A stretch of 46,150 bases of DNA from Gemmatimonadota bacterium (lineage in GTDB: Bacteria > 4572-55 > J002): positions 1 to 46,150 of the forward strand of contig RFFQ01000134.1 in NCBI GenBank assembly GCA_003697105.1, read 5' to 3'. Both the position numbers and the translations under genes were made by a program. Numbering within the stretch: position 1 is the first letter of the stretch; each line of letters begins with the position of its first letter. Below the pieces are notes generated by a model, which was not told where the DNA came from, made no database searches, and saw only the letters and a list, made by a program, of their open reading frames with translations. Positions 9,005 through 18,162 of this stretch are shown piece by piece.

Positions 9005-12000
9005 TTAAATCAAAACAGTTTTATCGTCTGCTTCCATTTTTGCCAATGCTTCTTCAGCGACTTCCCGAATTAAGGGGTCACTATCCCGTAACGCGGCTTG
9101 GAGTGCCGCGATTTTCTCCCGGCGTTGAAGTTCCCCGATAGCAAAGATGGCACATGCTTTTAGCCAATTATCATTCCCATGCAGCATCAGATCGAGAATT
9201 TCGTCGGTAGAGGGTTGCTTTAATTCCCATCGATTGGCGACGGTGCGTTGCAACTCCTGCGGTGACATTTGGTCGTAAAGCGGGAGCATTAACCGGATGA
9301 GGTCTTGTTCACCGACATTACCAAGGGCTTCCAGTGCATTCGCGCGGGTGCGGCTATCGACATCTCGTCGTTTGAGGAATCGTTCCACGAGCCGCAAAAC
9401 TTGACTGTTCCCCATGGATTCTAAAATCCGCATGACCAACGTTTTGATCTCTTCATTACGGTCTCGCAAGGCTTTGATCAACAGCACAACCGCGCGTTTT
9501 TCGGGTACGCGTTGTAAGGCGGAGATGTACATCACATTTTGGTACGCTTGACGGAGTTCCGTTTGGGCGAACAGCAAAAGAAATTCCTCATTCTCTTTGG
9601 AGCCAATTTTGTTTAGCGCCATAATCACGAATTCTTTAGTACGAACCGGAACGTTCACATCTTTCAGCACATCGACCAATGGGGCGACACTGACTTCACC
9701 CATTGCCGCTAAGGCGTCAATGGCGTTATTTCGGATTTTGGGCGAATCATTTAAGGCATGGATCAAATGGGGGATGGTCTTTGGATTTTGGATCTTCTTC
9801 AAGGCACTGACTGCCACTCGACGGACATCCCGGGACGAATCTTTCAGCATCATTACAAAATCATTTGTGAGTGTGGGGTCCTGGTTTTGGCAGAGCTTTT
9901 CCAAGGCAGAAACGGCTTCATAACGAACTTCCGCCGATACATCCTTGAGGAAGTGCTGTAATAACGGGATGTGCTCCGCATTTTCCGTCTCGCCAATGGC
10001 GTTTACTGCCAACGCGCGGACGGTTGGGTCTGTAGAGGAGTACATCTGTTGCAAGACCTGAAAGGCGTGATCCCGTACGGACTTAATTTTGGACTGCAAC
10101 AAGATTGAGATCACCCGGGACCGGACCACCGGATCCGGGTCTTCTAATAAGCCGAGGAGATAGGTTTCCACGGGTCCACCCAATTTTCCGATAGCAACTG
10201 CCGCTGCCGCCCGAACTTTTTCGGACGGGCTTTTTAAGTATGGCAATAATTGAGGGGAAAGTTCATTAAATCCAAAATTACCCAGCACCTCCAGAATTTT
10301 TTCCTCGATACGGTAACTTTTCTTTTCCATCACATTCAGCAAGGTATCGGCAATCTTGCGGTCTCCCACCTGTCCCAGTACTTCTACGGCGAAAATGCAC
10401 ATTTCTTCGTCTTCTTCATCAAGGGTTTGCACCAGCCGTTTCAGTTCTGCGCCACTAATTTTTGCCACCTCATCGGTATTTACGGAAGTCAAATCTACAT
10501 TTCGATCTTGTAATAACGTGATCAACGAATTCACATACTCCCGTTTTTGGCGCCAACTGAAAAAGCAATACATGATGGCAATGCCCAAACCAAAATAGGT
10601 GATACCTTGCCACGGGAGGGTATTTGCCAGCGCGATATTTTCATTACCGACGGAGAAAATACCGAAAATCAAAATGATAACTCCTGCCGTAATACCCCCA
10701 ATGCGCGAAATCATCTCGATGAATGCCCGCGAACGTCCCCGTAGATTTTGCGGCACGGCGTTGTAAATCATAGATGCCACCGTTGTTTCAATCGCCTTGC
10801 GCAGATTCACCTTGACGAACCGCCCCCAAGCACCTGCAAAGAACAAAGCGGGTACGATTGAAGCCACTTCCGGAGTGACATTATACCACTCAAACACAAA
10901 ACCAAACGGGGCAAATAACTCGGGTGGGGCAAATGGTGCCGCTAGAATTAACAGAAAACAGGACACGGTGACGACCGGATAGATCAGTTTCACCGTCCCC
11001 ACGCCGAACAGCGTCAACAAGCGCGGTACCACAAACAACGGGATGAGGATGGTGAGTAGCTCCGCAAAAGCGGCAAATTGACCCAAAAAACCGGTCAAAG
11101 AGTCCGAATCCCCAAAAGAGGCATCAAACACTTCATTATATTGGTAGCGCAAAATTTCCAGACCCAGTACCATTGCAAAGGTCGCTCCGGCAGTGACTCG
11201 CAACAACGGGGATTTGATGACAAACCGAAACCCCTGCTTGAAGCTTTCCATATTGGAAATTTGGTTGCGTTTACTGGTGCGGCGCTTTTTGGGTGTTTCA
11301 AACCCTTCCAGCGTGGGAAAGACCTGACTGACAAACATCACCAACATCATGTTGGCTATCGTTAAGGCAATACAGAGGAAGTTAAGGTTGCTGGTGCCGC
11401 CCACCGCCGTCACAATAAAAGGCAGACCGAATCCACCCAAAATCATCCCAAAACGTTGACCGGTGGAGACAATGGGAATCAACCGTTTAAACTGGAGGGT
11501 ATCAAAATAAGCAGAGGAATATTTTTCCAGATGTACATCTTGGATGTTGATCATCATCATGATGGCCGCATAGGCGCAGGCATACGCCCCTAAGCGGATT
11601 GCTGTAGAAATTGACGGGTCTAGCTCAGCCGAAATATAGACAAACAGGAGCGTACCAATCGTGCCGGTGAATACAATCAGAAACATACGATGGCTGCGGA
11701 TGGAGTCCGCCAGCGCCGTATAAGGCATCATCCCCACAATCTGAAAAAGTGCCTGAAACATCATCACGTAGGGTAAATTCTTTGCCCCAAATTCCTTCAA
11801 AAAGACGGATTGGATGCTACTGTTGACAAAAACAAACACTAACCCAATCAAAAAATTGATTAGGAAAAAACTAAATACGCGCCCTTCTTCTCCAGCGCGT
11901 ATTTTGAACCATCGATTGAGTAGGTCTGTAATGAGTTTCATCCCAAGAACGGCTTTATTAAGCTCCAAAATGGAATCCAGACATGCCGGCTTTTCAAAAT

Positions 12001-12007
12001 TTGACAC
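9005..12007 (-). CDS. Npt1/TLC-like (MFS) membrane transporter fused to HEAT repeats (start may be ATG 11941)
   Basis: N-terminal about 12 TM region (FKIRAGEEGRV, FLKEFGAKNLPY, KRLIPIV..G, RGRSRAFIE) then many HEAT/PBS-lyase repeats (LEDPDPVVR, LKDVSAEVR, LRDSDPLIRE). Confidence 0.78.
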   Translation of the reverse strand: MSNFEKPACLDSILELNKAVLGMKLITDLLNRWFKIRAGEEGRVFSFFLINFLIGLVFVFVNSSIQSVFLKEFGAKNLPYVMMFQALFQIVGMMPYTALADSIRSHRMFLIVFTGTIGTLLFVYISAELDPSISTAIRLGAYACAYAAIMMMINIQDVHLEKYSSAYFDTLQFKRLIPIVSTGQRFGMILGGFGLPFIVTAVGGTSNLNFLCIALTIANMMLVMFVSQVFPTLEGFETPKKRRTSKRNQISNMESFKQGFRFVIKSPLLRVTAGATFAMVLGLEILRYQYNEVFDASFGDSDSLTGFLGQFAAFAELLTILIPLFVVPRLLTLFGVGTVKLIYPVVTVSCFLLILAAPFAPPELFAPFGFVFEWYNVTPEVASIVPALFFAGAWGRFVKVNLRKAIETTVASMIYNAVPQNLRGRSRAFIEMISRIGGITAGVIILIFGIFSVGNENIALANTLPWQGITYFGLGIAIMYCFFSWRQKREYVNSLITLLQDRNVDLTSVNTDEVAKISGAELKRLVQTLDEEDEEMCIFAVEVLGQVGDRKIADTLLNVMEKKSYRIEEKILEVLGNFGFNELSPQLLPYLKSPSEKVRAAAAVAIGKLGGPVETYLLGLLEDPDPVVRSRVISILLQSKIKSVRDHAFQVLQQMYSSTDPTVRALAVNAIGETENAEHIPLLQHFLKDVSAEVRYEAVSALEKLCQNQDPTLTNDFVMMLKDSSRDVRRVAVSALKKIQNPKTIPHLIHALNDSPKIRNNAIDALAAMGEVSVAPLVDVLKDVNVPVRTKEFVIMALNKIGSKENEEFLLLFAQTELRQAYQNVMYISALQRVPEKRAVVLLIKALRDRNEEIKTLVMRILESMGNSQVLRLVERFLKRRDVDSRTRANALEALGNVGEQDLIRLMLPLYDQMSPQELQRTVANRWELKQPSTDEILDLMLHGNDNWLKACAIFAIGELQRREKIAALQAALRDSDPLIREVAEEALAKMEADDKTVLI

Positions 12008-12057
12008 GTCTGGAGTAGCGGCTTATGCTAAAAACTATTTAGGCAGAATTAGTTGCG

Positions 12058-12086
12058 AATATACCATGTTACCCAAGGGTTGTCAA
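12058..12086 (-). promoter_or_regulatory. Sigma70-type promoter upstream of NTT-HEAT/asnS cluster
   Basis: Minus strand TTGACA-17 nt-TATATT with TGn extended -10. Confidence 0.6.
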
Positions 12087-12241
12087 CAAGATAAACCATT
12101 GGCAATTTTAATTTAAACCTTCTCAAAATGGCAGGGTCTGAACAAATACATCGCGAACATGGCGGTAATTCACTGTTCATCACTATTTATCACCGGGCAT
12201 TTTTGCTCTCTCAATTCCTAACTTTAACAAGGAGGTGTTTC

Positions 12242-13111
12242 ATGCGTAATCTGTTTTATCTTTCGTTGGTGACGCTTTTAGCGCTGGTACTGTGGAGCTG
12301 TGATCAAAGTGATTCCACATCAACGGTACTTGGCGCGACAGACACCGATCTGGCGGCAGATAATGCCGCAATTGAAACTCTGATCGCAGAAGATGTGGAC
12401 TTGCCGACGGAATTTCGGGATTTTGACGGCGCGATGGCAACCCGCACAGACGGCAAAATCGAACTGAGCGAAATCGCTACAGCTATTAATCCCGTCCGGT
12501 TCGGGCGCCAGATCACACACCGTACCGTTACGTACGAGATTGAATACGCAGACCGGAATCATGCCCATGTCGTCCAGACTATCACCGTGGAAGGGATTTT
12601 CCACATCCTCACGGCGGATTCCCTGCATATTGAAAAGCCCTTTATGGATACGGGTCATCGCCAATTTGATGTGGTGCGTGCTGGACAAGCCGGTGACCAC
12701 CGGCGGGGCTGGCGTATCACCGCTTTTAGCGGGATGGAATTTACGACTCCAGACGGTGCGGTTGACATCGTGCAAATGCATCTAGTCGCCGGTGACATTG
12801 ATACCACCCTCACGGGTGTTTCAGACCTCGTGGCGCGGCAGGACATCCTAACATTACCGCCGGATACGGAGGTCACTTTGACGGTTTCCACCACCCACCT
12901 AAATGACCTGCTCTTCCTCCACCATCGTTGGTGGCACCGCCGCGCTTTTGAAACCAACGACGATGGTACATATTCCTTAACATGGCGTACTCCACGCCGG
13001 GCGGGTGTGTACCATTTTACGTTGGATGCCATATCCAACGGAACACTCCTAGATGACCAATTACCGTATGCGGCAAACGGCTGGGGAATTCCATACCGAA
13101 TTTTGCCGTAA
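12242..13111 (+). CDS. Hypothetical lipoprotein
   Basis: AAGGAGGT SD at 12229-12236 before ATG 12242; signal peptide with lipobox LWSC; beta-rich mature part. Confidence 0.75.
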   Translation: MRNLFYLSLVTLLALVLWSCDQSDSTSTVLGATDTDLAADNAAIETLIAEDVDLPTEFRDFDGAMATRTDGKIELSEIATAINPVRFGRQITHRTVTYEIEYADRNHAHVVQTITVEGIFHILTADSLHIEKPFMDTGHRQFDVVRAGQAGDHRRGWRITAFSGMEFTTPDGAVDIVQMHLVAGDIDTTLTGVSDLVARQDILTLPPDTEVTLTVSTTHLNDLLFLHHRWWHRRAFETNDDGTYSLTWRTPRRAGVYHFTLDAISNGTLLDDQLPYAANGWGIPYRILP

Positions 13112-13142
13112 TGTCTCCGGTGACATTGTCTGAAAGAAAAAG

Positions 13143-13175
13143 AACCCTGTCATTCAGAAAAATGGCAGGGTTTTT
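13143..13175 (+). terminator. Rho-independent terminator
   Basis: AACCCTGTCATT / AATGGCAGGGTT stem followed by a T run just after the lipoprotein gene. Confidence 0.7.
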
Positions 13176-13262
13176 CGCTTGTCATGAGGGGTTAGATCGT
13201 TTATTTTAGCCCATTATGGAGATTACCTCAACGAGTTTGGTCTGATAAATGGGAGAAATGAT

Positions 13263-13988
13263 ATGGTCCAGCGTATTTTTGTCTTTATCCTCTGTATTTT
13301 TATTGCGTTGATTATACTCCCATCCAGCAATAGCACTCTGAAAGTGACTGTAGGCATACTTTCTTTGGTGGTGCTAATCGTGGTTGCTTCCACCGGAAAA
13401 CCAATAGATAAGTGGGCGGGGGGGTTACTGTTCCTTCTGATCGTCTGTTTAACGGTGTTTATCCTGTGGAAAGTACTCTTCCAGAATGGCCGGCAGGCGA
13501 TATTCACAACCGCTGAATTTGCCGACTATCAACTAGAATATCTTTCCCGTGTCCCCGAGGCGAAGGCGTACATCTCCATTAAAGCGAACACCCGTCCGGC
13601 TCGACGCCGGACGGTGATTTGGTTGCCGCTGTGGTTTCATCAGTATAAAGCCTTAAAACAGGTTTTCCACAAAGAAGAATTAGACCGCGGTTACAACATC
13701 TTAATGGAAAAAAAAGCGGAATGGACGTGGAAACGAGGGTTGTTAATCCTTATCTCGTTGGTTTTGCTGATATTTCTCAATGGAACTCGTTACTACGAGC
13801 GCATCCGCCGGAGTGGGTCTCGTATCCTACTGTTGATGAGTATTTTTATTGTGGAATTTGGCTTGATGCTGTTTCTGATCGGATATGATTTGATGACGCC
13901 CATGCGATGGGTCTTATTTTTCCATTCCTTACTGGCAATCGGAATTATCGCCTTGGGTATCAAACAGATGCGACGAGACACAGCTTAA
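13263..13988 (+). CDS. Hypothetical integral membrane protein
   Basis: About 3 N-terminal and 3 C-terminal hydrophobic segments around a basic soluble loop; GGAG SD. Confidence 0.65.
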   Translation: MVQRIFVFILCIFIALIILPSSNSTLKVTVGILSLVVLIVVASTGKPIDKWAGGLLFLLIVCLTVFILWKVLFQNGRQAIFTTAEFADYQLEYLSRVPEAKAYISIKANTRPARRRTVIWLPLWFHQYKALKQVFHKEELDRGYNILMEKKAEWTWKRGLLILISLVLLIFLNGTRYYERIRRSGSRILLLMSIFIVEFGLMLFLIGYDLMTPMRWVLFFHSLLAIGIIALGIKQMRRDTA

Positions 13989-15139
13989 TGGGTGGAGAGG
14001 GTCATTCGCGTACTTTTCCCCAGCACGATCCGATCCCCATTCATCAACGGTACCGCACCTTGACATGCTTCCTCATTGACAAACGTTCCGTTACGACTGT
14101 TATTGTCACAAATCCAGAACCCCCCTTTCTCATGCCGGATTTTTGCATGAACTCGCGAAACCAATCGATCCACAATCTGAATTGGATTTGTTGCTTCCCG
14201 GCCGAGCGTACATTCATTACGGATGATTAAATAAGTACGGTTCTGCGGTTTTCCCGTCCGGATCGTAATTTTGGCGACAGGCAACTGATCTGCCGGATGG
14301 GTCAACAGGGTAACGTTTAGTGCCACAAATTCCGGTGTTCCCAATTTTCCTAAGCGGATTTCATCTCCATCGTGGATTGGGGTTGGCTGGTTGACGAGAA
14401 TATTTTCCGCATTTCGTACCACCCAAACATAATGCTCGGTTTCCCCTCGTGAGACCTCAAACACTTGCTCCTCCAAAAGATAGTGTAACGTCGCGTGAAG
14501 CGGGCTTAAATACGCTTTATCATGGTCTCCCCGAACAAAAATATCGCTCTCCCGGCCCCCCTGATCATTTTTACCGATAGTGACCTGATCTTTTGCAAGG
14601 ATACAAAACTCGGTAGAATGGTTTTCTACCTGAAGCGTGATCTGGCGGGTCACAAATCCTTTTAACCCCAACAATTGGTGCGGATTTTTCTGGCGAATAC
14701 TCGGACGCTCGGTAAATAATCGATCTGAAATCTGCTGCAGATGATTTTTGATCGCGGAAACAAAATCAAACTGTTGCCGGCGGCTACGCAGCAGTCGCCC
14801 GCAGGTTTCGAGTTGTTTAATGTGATGGTTAACCGGCTCTACATCGTAGTGTCCTTTTCCTTCTTCCACTTGGCGGCAATAGCGGATTGCTTCGGTATAA
14901 TCCCGTGCAATTTTCTCAAAAATACGGGCATCAAAATCCCGGTCGTGTTCTGCCAAAATCCGTTTTTCATCCAATCGCTTGGCGACATCATCTTCTGGAT
15001 CGGCGCAGTACTGGACTGCCTGCTGATAGCAAAACCACCGGTCAAATAAGGAACGGCTGGCATCCCCGGCACGTTCAATTTCTAACGGATTCCAGGATGC
15101 CAACGCCGGATGTACCTGAATTGTTTCGGTCAACCTCAT
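13985..15139 (-). CDS. Protein with two FHA domains
   Basis: C-terminal canonical FHA (LGRE..VSRVHA..SRNGTFVN..GDRIVLG) and a degenerate FHA (IGKN..LSPLHA..GDEIRLG); GAGGGT SD before ATG 15139 (ORF track starts at 15172). Confidence 0.8.
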   Translation of the reverse strand: MRLTETIQVHPALASWNPLEIERAGDASRSLFDRWFCYQQAVQYCADPEDDVAKRLDEKRILAEHDRDFDARIFEKIARDYTEAIRYCRQVEEGKGHYDVEPVNHHIKQLETCGRLLRSRRQQFDFVSAIKNHLQQISDRLFTERPSIRQKNPHQLLGLKGFVTRQITLQVENHSTEFCILAKDQVTIGKNDQGGRESDIFVRGDHDKAYLSPLHATLHYLLEEQVFEVSRGETEHYVWVVRNAENILVNQPTPIHDGDEIRLGKLGTPEFVALNVTLLTHPADQLPVAKITIRTGKPQNRTYLIIRNECTLGREATNPIQIVDRLVSRVHAKIRHEKGGFWICDNNSRNGTFVNEEACQGAVPLMNGDRIVLGKSTRMTLSTH

Positions 15140-15239
15140 GGCTATTACCCTCAATAACACATAAGAAATCAATTTGTTACAGATAAATTTTAATCTAATA
15201 CAATCTCAATCAGGGAGCAAGCCATAAATTGAAAAGAGC

Positions 15240-15268
15240 TTGATTTTATCAGGGGGATCGGGTAATAT
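15240..15268 (+). promoter_or_regulatory. Possible sigma70 promoter of malQ
   Basis: TTGATT-17 nt-TAATAT. Confidence 0.4.
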
Positions 15269-15321
15269 ACCTCAAGTGTAAATGGGTATTTTTAGTTGAT
15301 GACACTTAATTTGGAGCGATT

Positions 15322-16818
15322 ATGGAATTTCCGCGAGCCTGTGGGATTCTGCTACATCCCACCTCTCTGCCCTCCCGGTTTGGGATCGGTGATTTGGGTC
15401 AAGCGGCGTATGCGTTTGTTGATTTTTTGGAAGAGAGTGGGGCTAAACTGTGGCAAGTACTCCCTTTGGGGCACACCAGTTATGGGGATTCACCTTACTT
15501 TTGCGTATCCGCATTTGCGGGCAATCCTTTGTTGGTCAGCCCGGAGATGTTAGTCGAAGATGGCTTATTGGATGAGGCTGACCTGACAGATGTTCCTGAT
15601 TTTCCGGTGAATCGGGTTGATTACGGATGGGTGATCGACTATAAATTTAAATTATTGCGTAAATCATTCGATTATTTCCAGAAACAGGGGGAAAGCCGGT
15701 TGAGAGATCAGTTCTTCCGCTTTACAGAAGACCCGGCAACCCACTGGTGGATGGATGATTTTACGCTGTTTATGGCGATTAAAGCGAAACATGATGGCAA
15801 AAGCTGGTTGGAATGGGAGGACAAATACCGGAGACGAGACCCCCGTACCATGGAGCATATCCGCCAAGCGGAAGAAGAGACTATCGAATTCCAAAAATAT
15901 ATGCAGTATCTATTTTTCCGCCAATGGACGGCTGTCCGAAATTATGCCCATGAAAAAGGGATTCAAATCATTGGGGATATTCCCATTTTTGTTGCCATGG
16001 ATAGTGCTGATACGTGGGCAAATCCCGACCTGTTCTATTTTGACTCAGACCTGCATCCCACGGTGGTTGCCGGTGTTCCACCGGATTATTTCAGCCAAAC
16101 GGGGCAGTTGTGGGGCAATCCACTTTACCGCTGGGATGTAAATGAGCAACATGGTTACTACTGGTGGATCGAGCGCTTTAAAATGGCATTTGCCATGTAC
16201 GACCGTATCCGGATCGATCACTTTCGGGGATTTGAGGCGTACTGGGAAATCCCCGCCGGCGCAGAAACTGCCGTTAAAGGACGCTGGGTGAAGGGACCCA
16301 ATGAGCGGCTCTTCTTCGCCGTGCAGCAGGTGTTAGGAGATTTACCCATTATTGCGGAAGATTTAGGAGTTATCACGCCCGAAGTGGAGTGCCTGCGCGA
16401 TATGTTTGACTTCCCCGGCATGAAAATCTTACAATTTGCGTTTGATGGCGACCCCCACAACGCCTATCTCCCTCATAACCATGTGCAAAATTGTGTGGTT
16501 TACACCGGCACACATGACAACGAGACCATGATGGGGTGGTTTAAATCATTACCGGCATCCGACCAGCAATACGTGCTGGAATATCTGAATCCGAAAACGA
16601 AAAAAGACTTACATTGGCATTTTGTACGAAGCGCGCTGGCTTCCGTCGCGGATACAGTGATTATCCCGTTACAAGACCTGTTGGGCTTAGGTAGTTCTGC
16701 CCGCATGAACACGCCTTCTATTGAAAAAGGGAATTGGCGCTGGCGGTTCACCGAAGATAAGCTTACAAAGCCCCTTGCCACCCGGCTGAAAAAGCTGGTT
16801 ACGTTGTATGGGCGTTAA
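15322..16818 (+). CDS. malQ: 4-alpha-glucanotransferase (amylomaltase, GH77)
   Basis: GILLHPTSLP, WQVLPL, GVPPDYFS.TGQLWGNP, RIDHFRG, IAEDLG, YTGTHDN, RMNTP. Confidence 0.97.
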   Translation: MEFPRACGILLHPTSLPSRFGIGDLGQAAYAFVDFLEESGAKLWQVLPLGHTSYGDSPYFCVSAFAGNPLLVSPEMLVEDGLLDEADLTDVPDFPVNRVDYGWVIDYKFKLLRKSFDYFQKQGESRLRDQFFRFTEDPATHWWMDDFTLFMAIKAKHDGKSWLEWEDKYRRRDPRTMEHIRQAEEETIEFQKYMQYLFFRQWTAVRNYAHEKGIQIIGDIPIFVAMDSADTWANPDLFYFDSDLHPTVVAGVPPDYFSQTGQLWGNPLYRWDVNEQHGYYWWIERFKMAFAMYDRIRIDHFRGFEAYWEIPAGAETAVKGRWVKGPNERLFFAVQQVLGDLPIIAEDLGVITPEVECLRDMFDFPGMKILQFAFDGDPHNAYLPHNHVQNCVVYTGTHDNETMMGWFKSLPASDQQYVLEYLNPKTKKDLHWHFVRSALASVADTVIIPLQDLLGLGSSARMNTPSIEKGNWRWRFTEDKLTKPLATRLKKLVTLYGR

Positions 16819-16893
16819 GGGTGTACATCACTTACCATCCACATTTTTTTCTAACCCACATATCCCAATACCCTCACCATTGGAGGAAAATCG

Positions 16894-18162
16894 ATGTCAA
16901 ATCAACCTTCCTCATTAAAAGGGTTGGTCCAAAGCCTTGGACCCGGCTTAATTATGGCGGGTGCGGCAATTGGCGTCTCGCATTTAGTCCAATCGACGCG
17001 CGCCGGTGCTAGTTTTGGGTTTGCGCTAGTTTGGGCGATTGTACTGGCGAATATCTTTAAATACCCGTCGTTTGAGTTTGGCCCCCGTTACGCCGCAGGT
17101 ACCGGTAAAAACTTGTTGCACGGTTATCAAAAAGTGGGAACATGGGCATTAGCGATTTATCTGCTATTTACGTTTTGCACCATGTTTATTGTGGAAGCGG
17201 CATTGGTGGTGGTCACGGCCGGATTAACCAGCCAACTATTTGGCATTACCACCAATCATTTGGTCTGGAGTGGCATTATTTTGCTGGTTTGCCTGTTGAT
17301 TTTAATGTTGGGGCGCTATCCGTTGCTAGACAAACTCATGAAAATTATGGTGGTTTTTCTCTCAATTTCCACCCTTTTTGCCGTGATCGTGCTGGTAGTA
17401 CGGGGCGAGCATCAATTGGCAAGTGCCCCACCGGCAACATATCTGACCCCGGCCGGAATCGCATTTATTGTGGCATTGATGGGCTGGATGCCCTCCATTG
17501 TGGATATTTCTGTTTGGCATTCGGTCTGGACGATTGAACGGGCAAAAGAAACCGGACACCAGCCTCTCTTACGGGAGGCGTTATTCGATTTTAATCTGGG
17601 GTATATTTCCACGGCGATTTTGGCGCTCTTATTTCTTTCCTTGGGTGCCCTGTTGATGTACAACAGCGGGATCGAATTCTCCAATAGTAGTGCCGTATTT
17701 GCCGGACAACTGGTGGAACTTTTCCGGCAAAGTTTGGGCGCCTGGATTACCCCCATCATCAGCGTGACCGCCTTGGTAACGATGTTCAGTACCACCTTGA
17801 CCGTCACCGATGCGTATCCTCGCGTATTAACCCGTGCCTTGGAAATCACAGCGCCAACCACTTATCAGAAAGTCGGCGAAACACGCTCGTATTTCTTCAT
17901 TATGTTGGTGTTGATAACGGCAGGATTGTTGGTTGTAGCCTTTTTGGCAAAAGGTATCAAAACGATGGTTGACATTGCCACGACCGTCTCATTTTTAACC
18001 ACGCCGGTACTGGCGTACATCAATCACCGCGTGGTGACCTCCCCGGATATGCCTACCGAATCGGCGCCGCCACGATGGTTGCGGCTTTGGAGTTGGCTCG
18101 GGATTTTCTTTTGGGCAGGTTTTGCCGTATTTTTCTTGTATGTGCGGTTTGGTTTCCGTTAA
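16894..18162 (+). CDS. NRAMP-related divalent metal/APC-fold transporter
   Basis: LGPGLIMAGAAIGVSHLVQSTRAGA, KYPSFEFGPRY, ALMGWMP; about 11 TM; GGAGG SD. Confidence 0.75.
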   Translation: MSNQPSSLKGLVQSLGPGLIMAGAAIGVSHLVQSTRAGASFGFALVWAIVLANIFKYPSFEFGPRYAAGTGKNLLHGYQKVGTWALAIYLLFTFCTMFIVEAALVVVTAGLTSQLFGITTNHLVWSGIILLVCLLILMLGRYPLLDKLMKIMVVFLSISTLFAVIVLVVRGEHQLASAPPATYLTPAGIAFIVALMGWMPSIVDISVWHSVWTIERAKETGHQPLLREALFDFNLGYISTAILALLFLSLGALLMYNSGIEFSNSSAVFAGQLVELFRQSLGAWITPIISVTALVTMFSTTLTVTDAYPRVLTRALEITAPTTYQKVGETRSYFFIMLVLITAGLLVVAFLAKGIKTMVDIATTVSFLTTPVLAYINHRVVTSPDMPTESAPPRWLRLWSWLGIFFWAGFAVFFLYVRFGFR

